Virus record (IMG/VR): IMGVR_UViG_3300034072_002212
Span: 94,417-158,416 of that record
Strand: one strand, 5' to 3'
From: a virus
Taxonomy: Duplodnaviria > Heunggongvirae > Uroviricota > Caudoviricetes
Length of the DNA stretch: 64,000 nucleotides
Notes under the pieces: generated by a model
The model's database searches: none
Seen by the model: the letters and a program-made list of their open reading frames with translations, nothing else
Told to the model about the DNA's origin: nothing
Shown: in pieces, positions 54,216 through 62,752 of the stretch
Layout: each line of letters begins with the position of its first letter
Numbering within the stretch: position 1 is the first letter of the stretch
Translations under genes and position numbers: made by a program

Positions 54216-54297
54216 CCTAACCTTTGCCTTTCTGGTTGACAAACTATCTCCTGGTTGTACAAACAGGACATAGGCAGCAAGGCAAAGGAGATCGAAA

Positions 54298-54666
54298 TTG
54301 GGCACCACGACGCTTAAGGACTACGGTCGCCATTCCGAACGTCACGGCGACATTCCCTTCTACTATGGCTTCCCGTTCCGCTTCTGGTTCGGTGAACACC
54401 AGCTGGCTCCCGACGATGTCGAGACGTGGTGCCGCGAGAACTGCAACGGCTATTACAAGACCGTTTCCTACACCCACAAGTCGAGCACCCGCATCAAGGG
54501 CCAGCCCAGCAAGTTCGACACCAAGGTGGTCTTCATCGACAAGATCTATCTCCAGGACGAGACGGACGTGATGCGCCTCAAGCTGGCGTTCGACGTCAAG
54601 GACGAGGTCGTCAAGCGGCCGGAGCGCATGAAGGCGCGTCGGAAGAAGCGCGCGAAGAAGGCCTAA
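54298..54666 (+). CDS. Hypothetical protein
   Basis: TTG start after AAGGAG and TTGACA-N16-TACAAA promoter (54236-54263). Confidence 0.7.
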   Translation: MGTTTLKDYGRHSERHGDIPFYYGFPFRFWFGEHQLAPDDVETWCRENCNGYYKTVSYTHKSSTRIKGQPSKFDTKVVFIDKIYLQDETDVMRLKLAFDVKDEVVKRPERMKARRKKRAKKA

Positions 54667-54801
54667 AACCTCTTCAAAACCAATAGGTTTGAGATAGGGT
54701 CCCCTGGACCCTATCTTTTTCTCACCTAAGAATATTGATCCTTCGGTTCGTCGCCCTTATGTAACGTTCTATCCAATGAACATTCAGAAAGGATATCGTT
54801 C

Positions 54802-55305
54802 ATGAAGGCTTTTGTTATCGCGGCTGTTGCCGCTCTGGCCGCCGTTGCCACCCCTGCCGCCGCTCAGGATTTCACCGGCGCTCGCGTCGGCGTCGTCGGT
54901 GGCTATGACAACATCCAGGCTCGCGAAGGCGTGACCTACGGTGTGGTCGCTGGTGTGGATGCTCCGGTTGCTAAGGGCGTGACCCTGGGCGTGGAAGCCA
55001 CCCTGGAAGATTCGACCACCGACGCTGCTGGCGTTGATGCGTCGCGTGAACTTGGCGTTGCCGTTCGCGCCGGCGTTGTGGTCCTGCCTCGCACCCTCGC
55101 TTTCGCGAAGGTTGGCTACACCAATGCTCGTTTCGACCTGGGCCGCACTGGCTCGGTGACCCTCGAGGGTCTGCGTTACGGCGCTGGTGTCGAATATGCT
55201 CTGACCAAGAACACCTACGTGACTGCTGAATACCGTCGCTCGGAACTCGAGAACGGTGCCGGCGGCCGTGATGGCGCTCTGGTTGGCGTTGGCTTCCGCT
55301 TCTAA
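54802..55305 (+). CDS. Outer-membrane beta-barrel protein (OmpA-like transmembrane/Omp25-RopB type)
   Basis: Sec signal peptide (MKAFVIAAVAALAAVATPAAA), eight alternating beta-strands, C-terminal VGVGFRF BAM signature. Confidence 0.88.
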   Translation: MKAFVIAAVAALAAVATPAAAQDFTGARVGVVGGYDNIQAREGVTYGVVAGVDAPVAKGVTLGVEATLEDSTTDAAGVDASRELGVAVRAGVVVLPRTLAFAKVGYTNARFDLGRTGSVTLEGLRYGAGVEYALTKNTYVTAEYRRSELENGAGGRDGALVGVGFRF

Positions 55306-55397
55306 TACAAGCGAAGTCTACAGAAGGGGCGGCCGGAAACGGTCGCCCTTTCCTATGAATATAGCACTCTGAGTGATCGGCATGTTAACCAGATCGG

Positions 55398-55952
55398 ATG
55401 CTGACACTCTTTCTCCTTGCCGCTGCCCTTTCGGCTGACGGCTTCGCGGTTTCAATCTGCCGCGGGGCAGGCACCAGCCATAAGTGGCGCAATGCGATCG
55501 GCACGGGCATCGTGTTCGGCTTTGCTCATGCGGTAATGATCAGCTTGGGCTGGATCGTAGGTGACATTGTGGATGCGTGGAAAGACTTCGCACCATGGAT
55601 TGCTTGCGCGATTCTGTGTCTGCTGGGCGGCAAAATGCTCTATGAGAGCATGGAGGATGAGGACGAAGCACAAGACGTTGTTCGCCCATCTAGCCCTCTC
55701 TTGGCCCTTGTAGGGCTTGTGAGTGCGAGTATCGCGACCAGTCTCGATGCTGCGGCTGCGGGCATCACTTTGCCACTGATGGGTCTTCCCCTCTGGTTAG
55801 ACGCCCTAGTGATAGCCGGCGTCACAGGAGCGTTCAGTGTAGTGGGCTACCGCGCAGGTGCCCTCATTGGGGCTCGCTGGGGCAAATATGCGGAGTTCTT
55901 GGGCGGTGCCGCACTCATCGGCATTGGCGTCAAGATGGTCCTTTTCCCTTGA
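55398..55952 (+). CDS. mntP: Manganese efflux pump MntP family
   Basis: ALSADGFAVSICRG and ATSLDAAAAG duplicated motifs; about six TM helices. Confidence 0.88.
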   Translation: MLTLFLLAAALSADGFAVSICRGAGTSHKWRNAIGTGIVFGFAHAVMISLGWIVGDIVDAWKDFAPWIACAILCLLGGKMLYESMEDEDEAQDVVRPSSPLLALVGLVSASIATSLDAAAAGITLPLMGLPLWLDALVIAGVTGAFSVVGYRAGALIGARWGKYAEFLGGAALIGIGVKMVLFP

Positions 55953-56000
55953 CATTGGAATCCTATCCGCTACATTCGTGACTCCCAAGAGGAGGAATGA

Positions 56001-56342
56001 ATGTTCGAGAAGACCCAGGAGGCCGCAAACAAGCTTGGAGCGGCGGTTACGGAAGACGCAACCCAGGCTCTAGCGGTGGCCAAGGCTGTGGTCATCCCGG
56101 CGGTGAGCGGCTTCTTCAGCAAGATCGCAAATGCTGCCCAGACGGTGGCTGAGGGCGTCGAGGACGGTTCGCTGTTCAAGCCTGCGGCGGCTCCGGAGCC
56201 CAAGGCAGATCCGCTTCCCACCCCGGAGCAGAATGCGGCAATCGCGTCGCTTCGTGCGCTCGGCAAGACCGACGAAGAGATCGCTCAGACGGTCGGCGTG
56301 TCGGTTCTGACGGTCAAGATGGCAACGCCCGTCGAAGGCTAA
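56001..56342 (+). CDS. Hypothetical protein with C-terminal HTH-like segment
   Basis: GAGGAG RBS; TTGACA-N16-TACATT promoter 55949-55976; LRALGKTDEEIAQTVGVS. Confidence 0.65.
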   Translation: MFEKTQEAANKLGAAVTEDATQALAVAKAVVIPAVSGFFSKIANAAQTVAEGVEDGSLFKPAAAPEPKADPLPTPEQNAAIASLRALGKTDEEIAQTVGVSVLTVKMATPVEG

Positions 56343-56355
56343 TCCAGACACAAAA

Positions 56356-56385
56356 ACGGCCGCCCCGTTAAGGAGCGGCCGTCTT
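56356..56385. terminator. Bidirectional terminator between convergent genes
   Basis: ACGGCCGC-CCCGTTAAGGA-GCGGCCGT, A-run on the left and T-rich on the right. Confidence 0.6.
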
Positions 56386-56432
56386 CTTTACCTTTGTGCC
56401 TCGTTGGTGGGGGCCGAAGCCCCCAACCAATC

Positions 56433-57650
56433 TTAGAGGAACTTCAGGTTGTTGGTGTTGATCGCAACCAGACCCAGGTAGTCTGCAGCGTTACCCAGCG
56501 ACGATGCGCTGTTGGTGAGCTCCAGGTAGCCGTAACGGGTCATGAACGAAACCACTGGCTCGAAGGTCTGTGGGTCGATAACGACGCCCGACGAGGTCAG
56601 AGGAACGTATGGGCAGTAGTATGCCGCTGCGTCAATCTCGCCCTGGCCCTTGTAGCCGACCAGAACAGGAGTGTCGTCCTGTGCGTACTGGTCAACGTAG
56701 ACGCGGAGCGAGTTGTTCAGAGTACCAACATACTTGGTGTTGGTTGGAGCCTCGAACACACCCTCAGTGGTGCGAGCGAAAGCCGAGGTGGTTGCCGACT
56801 GGAGGATGGTCAGCGCGGTTGGCGAGACAACAATCCAGTTAGCTGCGCCACGACGGGTGCGCTGTGCGATGAGGTTTGCCTGACGGTTGATCAGAACCGA
56901 CAGAGCAGCGTGCTCGTCACCGACGAAAGTTGCGGTGCCGGAGACAGCGCCCTGGTCGTAGGTCGAGGTAGCAGCGCCTGGGAGCATACGCAGCGAGTTC
57001 AGGATTTCCTGGTCGATTTCTGCGGTGATTTCCTGAGCGAGAGCTGCCATGATCTCAGCCTCGATGTCGATGCCCTGCTGAGCCTGTGCGTCCTGCTGAG
57101 CCTCGAAGGTCCAACGTGCCGACAGCCTGCGGGTCTTGGCTTCGACGGTTTCCTTCAGGATCTGGATCGACAGGCGGTTACCTGGGCGACCTTCCAGAGC
57201 TGCGGTCGAAGCAGCGCGTGGCAGCTGAGCGTTGCCGTTGCCCGAGTATGCCTTAGCAATCTCGAATGGGCTCAGAGCTTCCGCACCAGCGGTAACACCA
57301 GCAGCGTTGTCAGCATAGCGGACGCGCAGGGTGTGGATCTGTGCCACTGGACCGGTCATTGGCTGGACGCCGATGATCTCGTTCGCAATGACGGTTGGCA
57401 TAACGCGACGCAGAACAGGAAGGATAACCTTGTTCATGGTAGCGACGTTACCCGAAGCGGTAGCACCTGCCGAAGCAGTTTCCATCAGTGGGTTACGACG
57501 CATCAGGTCGTTGCGGGTGTTCTCCAGAACGGTCTCCATGACCTTCTGCTTGTTTGGGTTTGGCGAGCCATCCATGTTGACCTGCAGGTCGCGACCCTCG
57601 CAGAGAGCCTCCTTGGTGGCCTTCCAATTGCTTTCAAAGAGCTTAGTCAT
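56433..57650 (-). CDS. gp23: Major capsid protein (gp23)
   Basis: ILPVLRRVMP, GVQPMTGPV, AKTRRLSARWTFE, EIDQE, TRRGAAN, YCPYVPL, TRYG. Confidence 0.96.
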   Translation of the reverse strand: MTKLFESNWKATKEALCEGRDLQVNMDGSPNPNKQKVMETVLENTRNDLMRRNPLMETASAGATASGNVATMNKVILPVLRRVMPTVIANEIIGVQPMTGPVAQIHTLRVRYADNAAGVTAGAEALSPFEIAKAYSGNGNAQLPRAASTAALEGRPGNRLSIQILKETVEAKTRRLSARWTFEAQQDAQAQQGIDIEAEIMAALAQEITAEIDQEILNSLRMLPGAATSTYDQGAVSGTATFVGDEHAALSVLINRQANLIAQRTRRGAANWIVVSPTALTILQSATTSAFARTTEGVFEAPTNTKYVGTLNNSLRVYVDQYAQDDTPVLVGYKGQGEIDAAAYYCPYVPLTSSGVVIDPQTFEPVVSFMTRYGYLELTNSASSLGNAADYLGLVAINTNNLKFL

Positions 57651-57664
57651 TGTAAAGAATCTCC

Positions 57665-59071
57665 TTATTCTTCAATTCCAGCCAGTCGGCGTAGCTCTGC
57701 GATTTCATTCGACTTCGCAGGGACTTCCTCCGCGCGGGCAGATTCGGCAAGTGGGTTGACGCGGTTGCCAGTTACGGCTACCGTCTTCTTAGGTTCGGCG
57801 GCAGTCTCAGACAGCACGCGACGACCCTGGTTTGCGGTCCTCGTGCCCTCGTTGAGGACAGTTGGAAGGTACTTCTGGAATGCTTCCTTGAGCTTGTCAG
57901 TCTTGACAGTATCAAGGAGTTCTTCCATCACGTTCCTCTTCTCCTTACTTAGTGGAGCAAGAAGTTCGTTCTTAATCTGGACGCGAGCAGCACGCTCTTC
58001 TGCCAGCTTCACCTTGCGGGCGGACTGGACAATCTGATCGTTCTTCTCTGCCAGAATCTTGTTGGCAGCTTCCAGCTGAGCAGCCGATTCGTTGAGCTGC
58101 GCCTGCAGCTTACGAACCTCGGAGCCTTCGCTGAGGTAGCTGGTCATGAACTCGGCCTGGAAGGCTTCAAACAGTCGACGACCGAAGAGGTTCTCACGAG
58201 CTGCCTTGATGTCTTCCTTCAGCTGGGTCAGTTCGCCGCGGATCTGAGCTTCGATGGTCGATTCAACGAGCTTGCTTGCGCGAGCGATGAATGCCTTCTT
58301 GGTCTCATCCAGCTTTGCCTTGGACTCAGCAATCAGTCGAACCTTGGCATCAACAAGCGCCTGCTTGTCTTCTTCCAGTTCGCCGATTTCCTTGTTCAGC
58401 TGCTCAAGGACAAAGCCCTCAAGCTTGTTGATGCGAGCAGCAGTCTGCTCGTTCATCTGAATGCGGTGTTCGCGAAGCTTCTTGGCGTCTGCGACGCGCT
58501 GCTCTGCGAGCGCCTTCTCCTGCGACTTAACCGAAGCAATCTCTTCCGAGAGCTTGGCCATCACAAACTGCTCAATACGAGCGGTGTGCTCAGCAAGCTT
58601 GGCATCGTAGTTGCTCTGGGCTTCTGCGATTTCCTTAGCCAGCTTAACACGCTGAGCCTGCATCTCACGGTGGTCTTCAGCGACCTCCTTGAGTTCCTCT
58701 GCCAGCTGCGACATGACAAACTGCTCGAGCATCTTGGTGTGCTCTGCGGTCTTTGCCTTGTAGGAAGCGCGAGCCTCCTTGATAGCAACAGTGAGGTTTG
58801 CGCGCTCTTCGTTGAGTGCCTTGGTTGCGGCAACCGACTCAACTGCGTACTGCTTGACAGCATCAGTGAGCATGTTGTCCATTGCTTCGACTAGATTGTT
58901 CTTATCTGCTTCGAAACGAACCGAGAACTCTTCACGGACCTGTGCTTCAACTTCCTCGCGGAGGTTAGCACGGACCTCGTCCAGCTTTGCATTCCATGCT
59001 TCTTCAAGTGCGGTCTTAGTTTCCTCGTTGAGGAGACCGGACTCCAGAAGCGTATTCAGTCCATTATCCAT
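57665..59071 (-). CDS. gp22: Prohead scaffolding protein (gp22-like)
   Basis: Long coiled coil, LEEAWNAKL; lies between protease and MCP. Confidence 0.82.
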   Translation of the reverse strand: MDNGLNTLLESGLLNEETKTALEEAWNAKLDEVRANLREEVEAQVREEFSVRFEADKNNLVEAMDNMLTDAVKQYAVESVAATKALNEERANLTVAIKEARASYKAKTAEHTKMLEQFVMSQLAEELKEVAEDHREMQAQRVKLAKEIAEAQSNYDAKLAEHTARIEQFVMAKLSEEIASVKSQEKALAEQRVADAKKLREHRIQMNEQTAARINKLEGFVLEQLNKEIGELEEDKQALVDAKVRLIAESKAKLDETKKAFIARASKLVESTIEAQIRGELTQLKEDIKAARENLFGRRLFEAFQAEFMTSYLSEGSEVRKLQAQLNESAAQLEAANKILAEKNDQIVQSARKVKLAEERAARVQIKNELLAPLSKEKRNVMEELLDTVKTDKLKEAFQKYLPTVLNEGTRTANQGRRVLSETAAEPKKTVAVTGNRVNPLAESARAEEVPAKSNEIAELRRLAGIEE

Positions 59072-59082
59072 TAGACCACTCC

Positions 59083-59721
59083 TTAGGCTTTTAGGTTATG
59101 GATCCAGTTCAGAAGCTCTTTTGCAAGATGCGTCTGTGCCTTCGGATCATGCTTCACGGCATGTGCCAGGTCTTCAATGACTGCGCCACGACGCCTCATG
59201 TTGAGTGCTTCGTAGACTGCCTTTGGATAAGCTTCGGGAGCCGATGGACGGGCGACAATGTCGACAGTCACAATCTCGAAATCCGAAACTTCACCACGCT
59301 CGTTCACGTTACCGGAACCGCGCGACGAAACACCAAGCTTCACACCATTCTCAAGAAGGGTGCGAACGATGTTACCCATTGGAGTTGGGAGGATCTTGAG
59401 CTTACCCATACCATTTGGGCCGTCCATATACATCTCGGTGATCATGTGAGAAACACGGTCAATGTTGATGTTCAGCTCTTCTGGATGGTCAGCTTCACCA
59501 AGAACGCTCTCGCCCCTGCGAAGGGTGTCATTGATGCTATCCACTGCCATACGAATTTCGTTGACGGGATAGACTCGCTGGTTATGGTTCTTGACTCCAC
59601 CCTGAACAAAGATGCCGCGCATGAAAAGGTCCTTGGCCTTTCCATCGACACCCAGTTCGCCGGCCTCAACGATGCACTTAGCCTCGTCGAAGTTCATCCT
59701 TTCGGTAAGAACCAATGCCAT
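59083..59721 (-). CDS. gp21: Prohead protease (gp21)
   Basis: GIFVQGGVKNHNQRVYP, GEADHP, RVSHMI, LGVSSRGSG, VDIVARPSAP. Confidence 0.95.
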   Translation of the reverse strand: MALVLTERMNFDEAKCIVEAGELGVDGKAKDLFMRGIFVQGGVKNHNQRVYPVNEIRMAVDSINDTLRRGESVLGEADHPEELNINIDRVSHMITEMYMDGPNGMGKLKILPTPMGNIVRTLLENGVKLGVSSRGSGNVNERGEVSDFEIVTVDIVARPSAPEAYPKAVYEALNMRRRGAVIEDLAHAVKHDPKAQTHLAKELLNWIHNLKA

Positions 59722-59726
59722 GTTGC

Positions 59727-60707
59727 TTACTTCCTCTTGAAGTCCGAACCGCGCAGGTCAGTTGCCTGACCAATTGGGCTCTTTGGCGAATCCGAACCGA
59801 AACCTGCCTTGGAGTTCAGCATAGCGGACTTGTCGCCTTCCTTGCTGACCTTGGTGCGGCCGTCGGTGCTCTTCTTGACCTGGTTCTTCAGGAGTGGCTT
59901 GCTCTTGACTTCTGGAGCAGGCTCACGGTCATAACCGTGATGCTCTTCAGCGTGGATCTCAACTGCGGCACCACCAACGCGAGCGTCAGCGTCGTGCTCT
60001 GGCAGAGGGGACTTGTCGTTCAGAGCGACCTTTGCGCCGTCTGCACCGATTTCCTTACCGCCGTTCAGATTTGGATCCTTAACTGGCTCGAGAGTCCAGC
60101 TCTCTTCGAGGTCTGCGAAGTCGTCCTCAGACTCGGTGACTTCTTCTGCTTCCTCTTCAACTTCCTCAGACTCGAAAGTCAGGGACTCGTCAGCAACGAC
60201 TTCTTCGTCGCCGCCAAAGTCGACAGGCTCAGCTGCGTCAACTTCCATCTCGCCGTCCATCTCAGGACCCTCGACTTCGTCGCCAGCAACTTCTGCGCCA
60301 GTGATTTCTGCAAACTCAGCCTTGAGGCGAGCCATCACAGCTTCGAGGTCCTCAATGGTGTCTGCCACGGTTTCTTCAGCTGGAAGCTCTTCGCCACCAA
60401 CCATGTCTGCGTCAACGTCAGCAACTGGCTCTTCACCAGCAACTTCTGCGTCGGCATCAGCCTCGAGGTCTTCTTCACCAGCTTCTGCGTCGGCGTCATC
60501 GCCTTCTGCTTCGCTGTAGAACTCCTCAGACTGGATTGCTTCCTGGTCATCCTCGATGTCCTGGGAAAGCGTATTGTCCTCTGCCATCAGTTCTTCGTGG
60601 ATCTGCTTGCTGCGCTCCACGAACCACTCATGAAGAAGACCAGCTGCCTCGGTGTGCTCCTCATTGACGAGCATCTCGAGAACCTTGTTCAGGTCAACAG
60701 TCTTCAT
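59727..60707 (-). CDS. Acidic prohead core protein (gp67-like)
   Basis: N-terminal helix ...AAGLLHEWFV, long D/E-rich region; late promoter 60756-60761. Confidence 0.6.
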   Translation of the reverse strand: MKTVDLNKVLEMLVNEEHTEAAGLLHEWFVERSKQIHEELMAEDNTLSQDIEDDQEAIQSEEFYSEAEGDDADAEAGEEDLEADADAEVAGEEPVADVDADMVGGEELPAEETVADTIEDLEAVMARLKAEFAEITGAEVAGDEVEGPEMDGEMEVDAAEPVDFGGDEEVVADESLTFESEEVEEEAEEVTESEDDFADLEESWTLEPVKDPNLNGGKEIGADGAKVALNDKSPLPEHDADARVGGAAVEIHAEEHHGYDREPAPEVKSKPLLKNQVKKSTDGRTKVSKEGDKSAMLNSKAGFGSDSPKSPIGQATDLRGSDFKRK

Positions 60708-60873
60708 TGTTGCTCTCCTTAATCCATTGAACATCGCGTGGCTCTGTTCACGAGGTATTTAACCAGAATGTTTCTCAGCTAAGAGAAAAGGGTCAAAAAC
60801 CGCGTTTTTGGAGTCTTGATGTTCAGATAGTGGAAAGTGGGAGATCACTTAGATCTCCCACCAGTTTAGTCTC

Positions 60874-61563
60874 TTACTTCTTGAGACCCTTCGCACCCTT
60901 GCCGCTAATTGGGCTCTGGGTATTCACCGAACCATCCATCTTGTTCAGCAGGGCCGACTTTTCAGCCGAGACCTTCTTTGGATCGTCCTTGGAATTCTGC
61001 ACGTGATGCTTCACAGGAGCATCCTTGACCTTTGGCGCCTTCTCAAGTGCGTGGCCCTTGTGGCCGTTGCTCTTGATTTCAACGGCTTCACCGCCGACGC
61101 GCTTGTCACCCTTCTTGGAAGGCAAGGTGGACTTGGTGTTCACAGGGACCTTGCCCTCTTCACCAACCTGTGCACCCTCGACGTTCTGAAGCTTGTCCGA
61201 AACGGTTTCCAGACCAGCGAAGGATTCAGAGAGTTCTGCGATCAGGTCGTCAATCGACTCCTCAACAGTCTCTTCCTCTTCGACTTCCTCAGCCTCTTCC
61301 TCGACAGCTTCGTCAATCTGCTCTTCGGTCTCTTCGACTTCCTCAGCTTCTTCGACGACTTCGTCGGTTTCCTCGACGGCCTCTTCGACCTTCTCCTCTT
61401 CGCACTCGTCGGTTTCTTCCGACTCAGCGACAGGCTCTGCGGTCAGGTTGGTGTGAACCTGCTTGGCGGCATCAACAAACCACTCATGTAGAGCGGCCTG
61501 AGCGTCTTCCATGTTGTCGCTGTTCAGCGATTCCATGATGTCCATAAGAGTGATCTTGTTCAT
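60874..61563 (-). CDS. Acidic prohead core protein (gp67-like), paralog
   Basis: ...AQAALHEWFV, EE-rich; shares C-terminal motifs with 59727-60707; late promoter 61616-61621. Confidence 0.6.
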   Translation of the reverse strand: MNKITLMDIMESLNSDNMEDAQAALHEWFVDAAKQVHTNLTAEPVAESEETDECEEEKVEEAVEETDEVVEEAEEVEETEEQIDEAVEEEAEEVEEEETVEESIDDLIAELSESFAGLETVSDKLQNVEGAQVGEEGKVPVNTKSTLPSKKGDKRVGGEAVEIKSNGHKGHALEKAPKVKDAPVKHHVQNSKDDPKKVSAEKSALLNKMDGSVNTQSPISGKGAKGLKK

Positions 61564-61696
61564 TGTTTCTCCTTCGCGAAAGGATATGGGACTCCTGGCC
61601 CCAGATATTCTTTTGTATTTACCCCAATAGGGTTAACCGCTTTGGCGTTTGACAAAGCTGGAGGAGTAGGCTAGTTTGTGGCACAAGGAGAACAGC

Positions 61697-62149
61697 ATGG
61701 TGCAGATTCAAAGTGCGCTGGCTGAGGGCGTGAAAGCGTTCCTCGAAAGCGGAGATCGTTCGTTTCTAGAGACCATGCGTGGCCTGGATCGTCAGGATAT
61801 CGAGGGTCAGGCAACCGTTCGGTATCTGATGCAGCTCAAACACTGGCCCTTTACCCCGGACAGTGATTTCGCAGGTCTTCTGGACCATTTCTTCGGGGCT
61901 TTTCCCGACCGGAAGAGTCTGTCGCCTGAGGAGTATCAGGCCAAGACCTTCGACCTCATCAAGTCCACGTGGGGCTATGAATGTGTGGTCGTCGTTCCCG
62001 AACCTCGTCCTGAGCCGGAAGCCAAGAAGCCGGCTGTGAAATCAAAGGCTTCCAAGAAGCCTTTGACCGTCAAGGAAGACAGCGAGGAAGAAGGTGAAAG
62101 CGGCTCGCGCACCTTCAAGAGCATCCGACAGCAAGAGGCTGAGTCTTGA
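61697..62149 (+). CDS. Hypothetical protein
   Basis: AAGGAG RBS before MVQIQ; TTGACA-N17-TAGTTT promoter 61649-61677. Confidence 0.65.
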   Translation: MVQIQSALAEGVKAFLESGDRSFLETMRGLDRQDIEGQATVRYLMQLKHWPFTPDSDFAGLLDHFFGAFPDRKSLSPEEYQAKTFDLIKSTWGYECVVVVPEPRPEPEAKKPAVKSKASKKPLTVKEDSEEEGESGSRTFKSIRQQEAES

Positions 62150-62198
62150 TCTAACGCCCCAGAGGCGTTAGGTCAGGTGTGCTCGAGGAGTTCGGCGT

Positions 62199-62492
62199 AT
62201 GGGCATGGAAAGCGATAAGATCAAAGCCATCGTGGCTAAAGTCAAAGCATTAACTCGTGGCGAGGAAGAACCAGAATCGGTTATGAGCGCCATGGTCAAA
62301 GACATGGGAAGATCACCCACGTTCGCGGTGGCAATCATTCAGCGGCTGCGGGACGAGGGGATCGATCTCTTTGAAAAGGATGGGGAAGAGGCGGAAGCCT
62401 TCAAGGCCAAGTTCCGTCCTCAGGTAGAAAAACTGGGTGAGCGTGAACTCACCCAGTCTCAAAAGATTTTATCTAAGCTATTTCAGGCTTAG
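62199..62492 (+). CDS. Hypothetical protein
   Basis: 97 aa with GAGGAG RBS. Confidence 0.55.
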   Translation: MGMESDKIKAIVAKVKALTRGEEEPESVMSAMVKDMGRSPTFAVAIIQRLRDEGIDLFEKDGEEAEAFKAKFRPQVEKLGERELTQSQKILSKLFQA

Positions 62493-62752
62493 ACTTCTTC
62501 GTCTGATCCGGCTCCGCCAAGACCATACATGATACCTAGAAGCTCTTGCTTCTTGGTCATCTCAAGGTTCTTGGTGGAACGGATCTTCTTGAGACGATTG
62601 ATCATCTTCAACGTAAGCTTGGGCTTGCGCTCATCTTCAATGTCGATGCCAGTCATCTTGTCATCTTCTGGAGAGTAGCGAGTAGCTTCGTCCCTAGGGT
62701 TTTCTACCCTCTGGGCGTCTTCGTTGAGCTTGGCAAATTCACGATACCTCAT
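62489..62752 (-). CDS. Small head-module protein
   Basis: MRYREFAKLNED; coupled to portal stop. Confidence 0.65.
   Translation of the reverse strand: MRYREFAKLNEDAQRVENPRDEATRYSPEDDKMTGIDIEDERKPKLTLKMINRLKKIRSTKNLEMTKKQELLGIMYGLGGAGSDEEV

Noticed and set aside
44390-55952. Interpreting nad/pnc/mntP/OMP genes as host chromosome (prophage boundary)
   Set aside because: They are interspersed with phage hypotheticals, carry phage late promoters, and are flanked on both sides by virion genes; no integrase or att site seen
56394-58037. 547-aa plus-strand ORF
   Set aside because: Shadow of MCP/scaffold genes
60874-61563. EEAEEVEE-type DNA repeats as a possible CRISPR or tandem array
   Set aside because: Imperfect codon-level low-complexity repeats within a coding region; no fixed repeat-spacer pattern anywhere in the window
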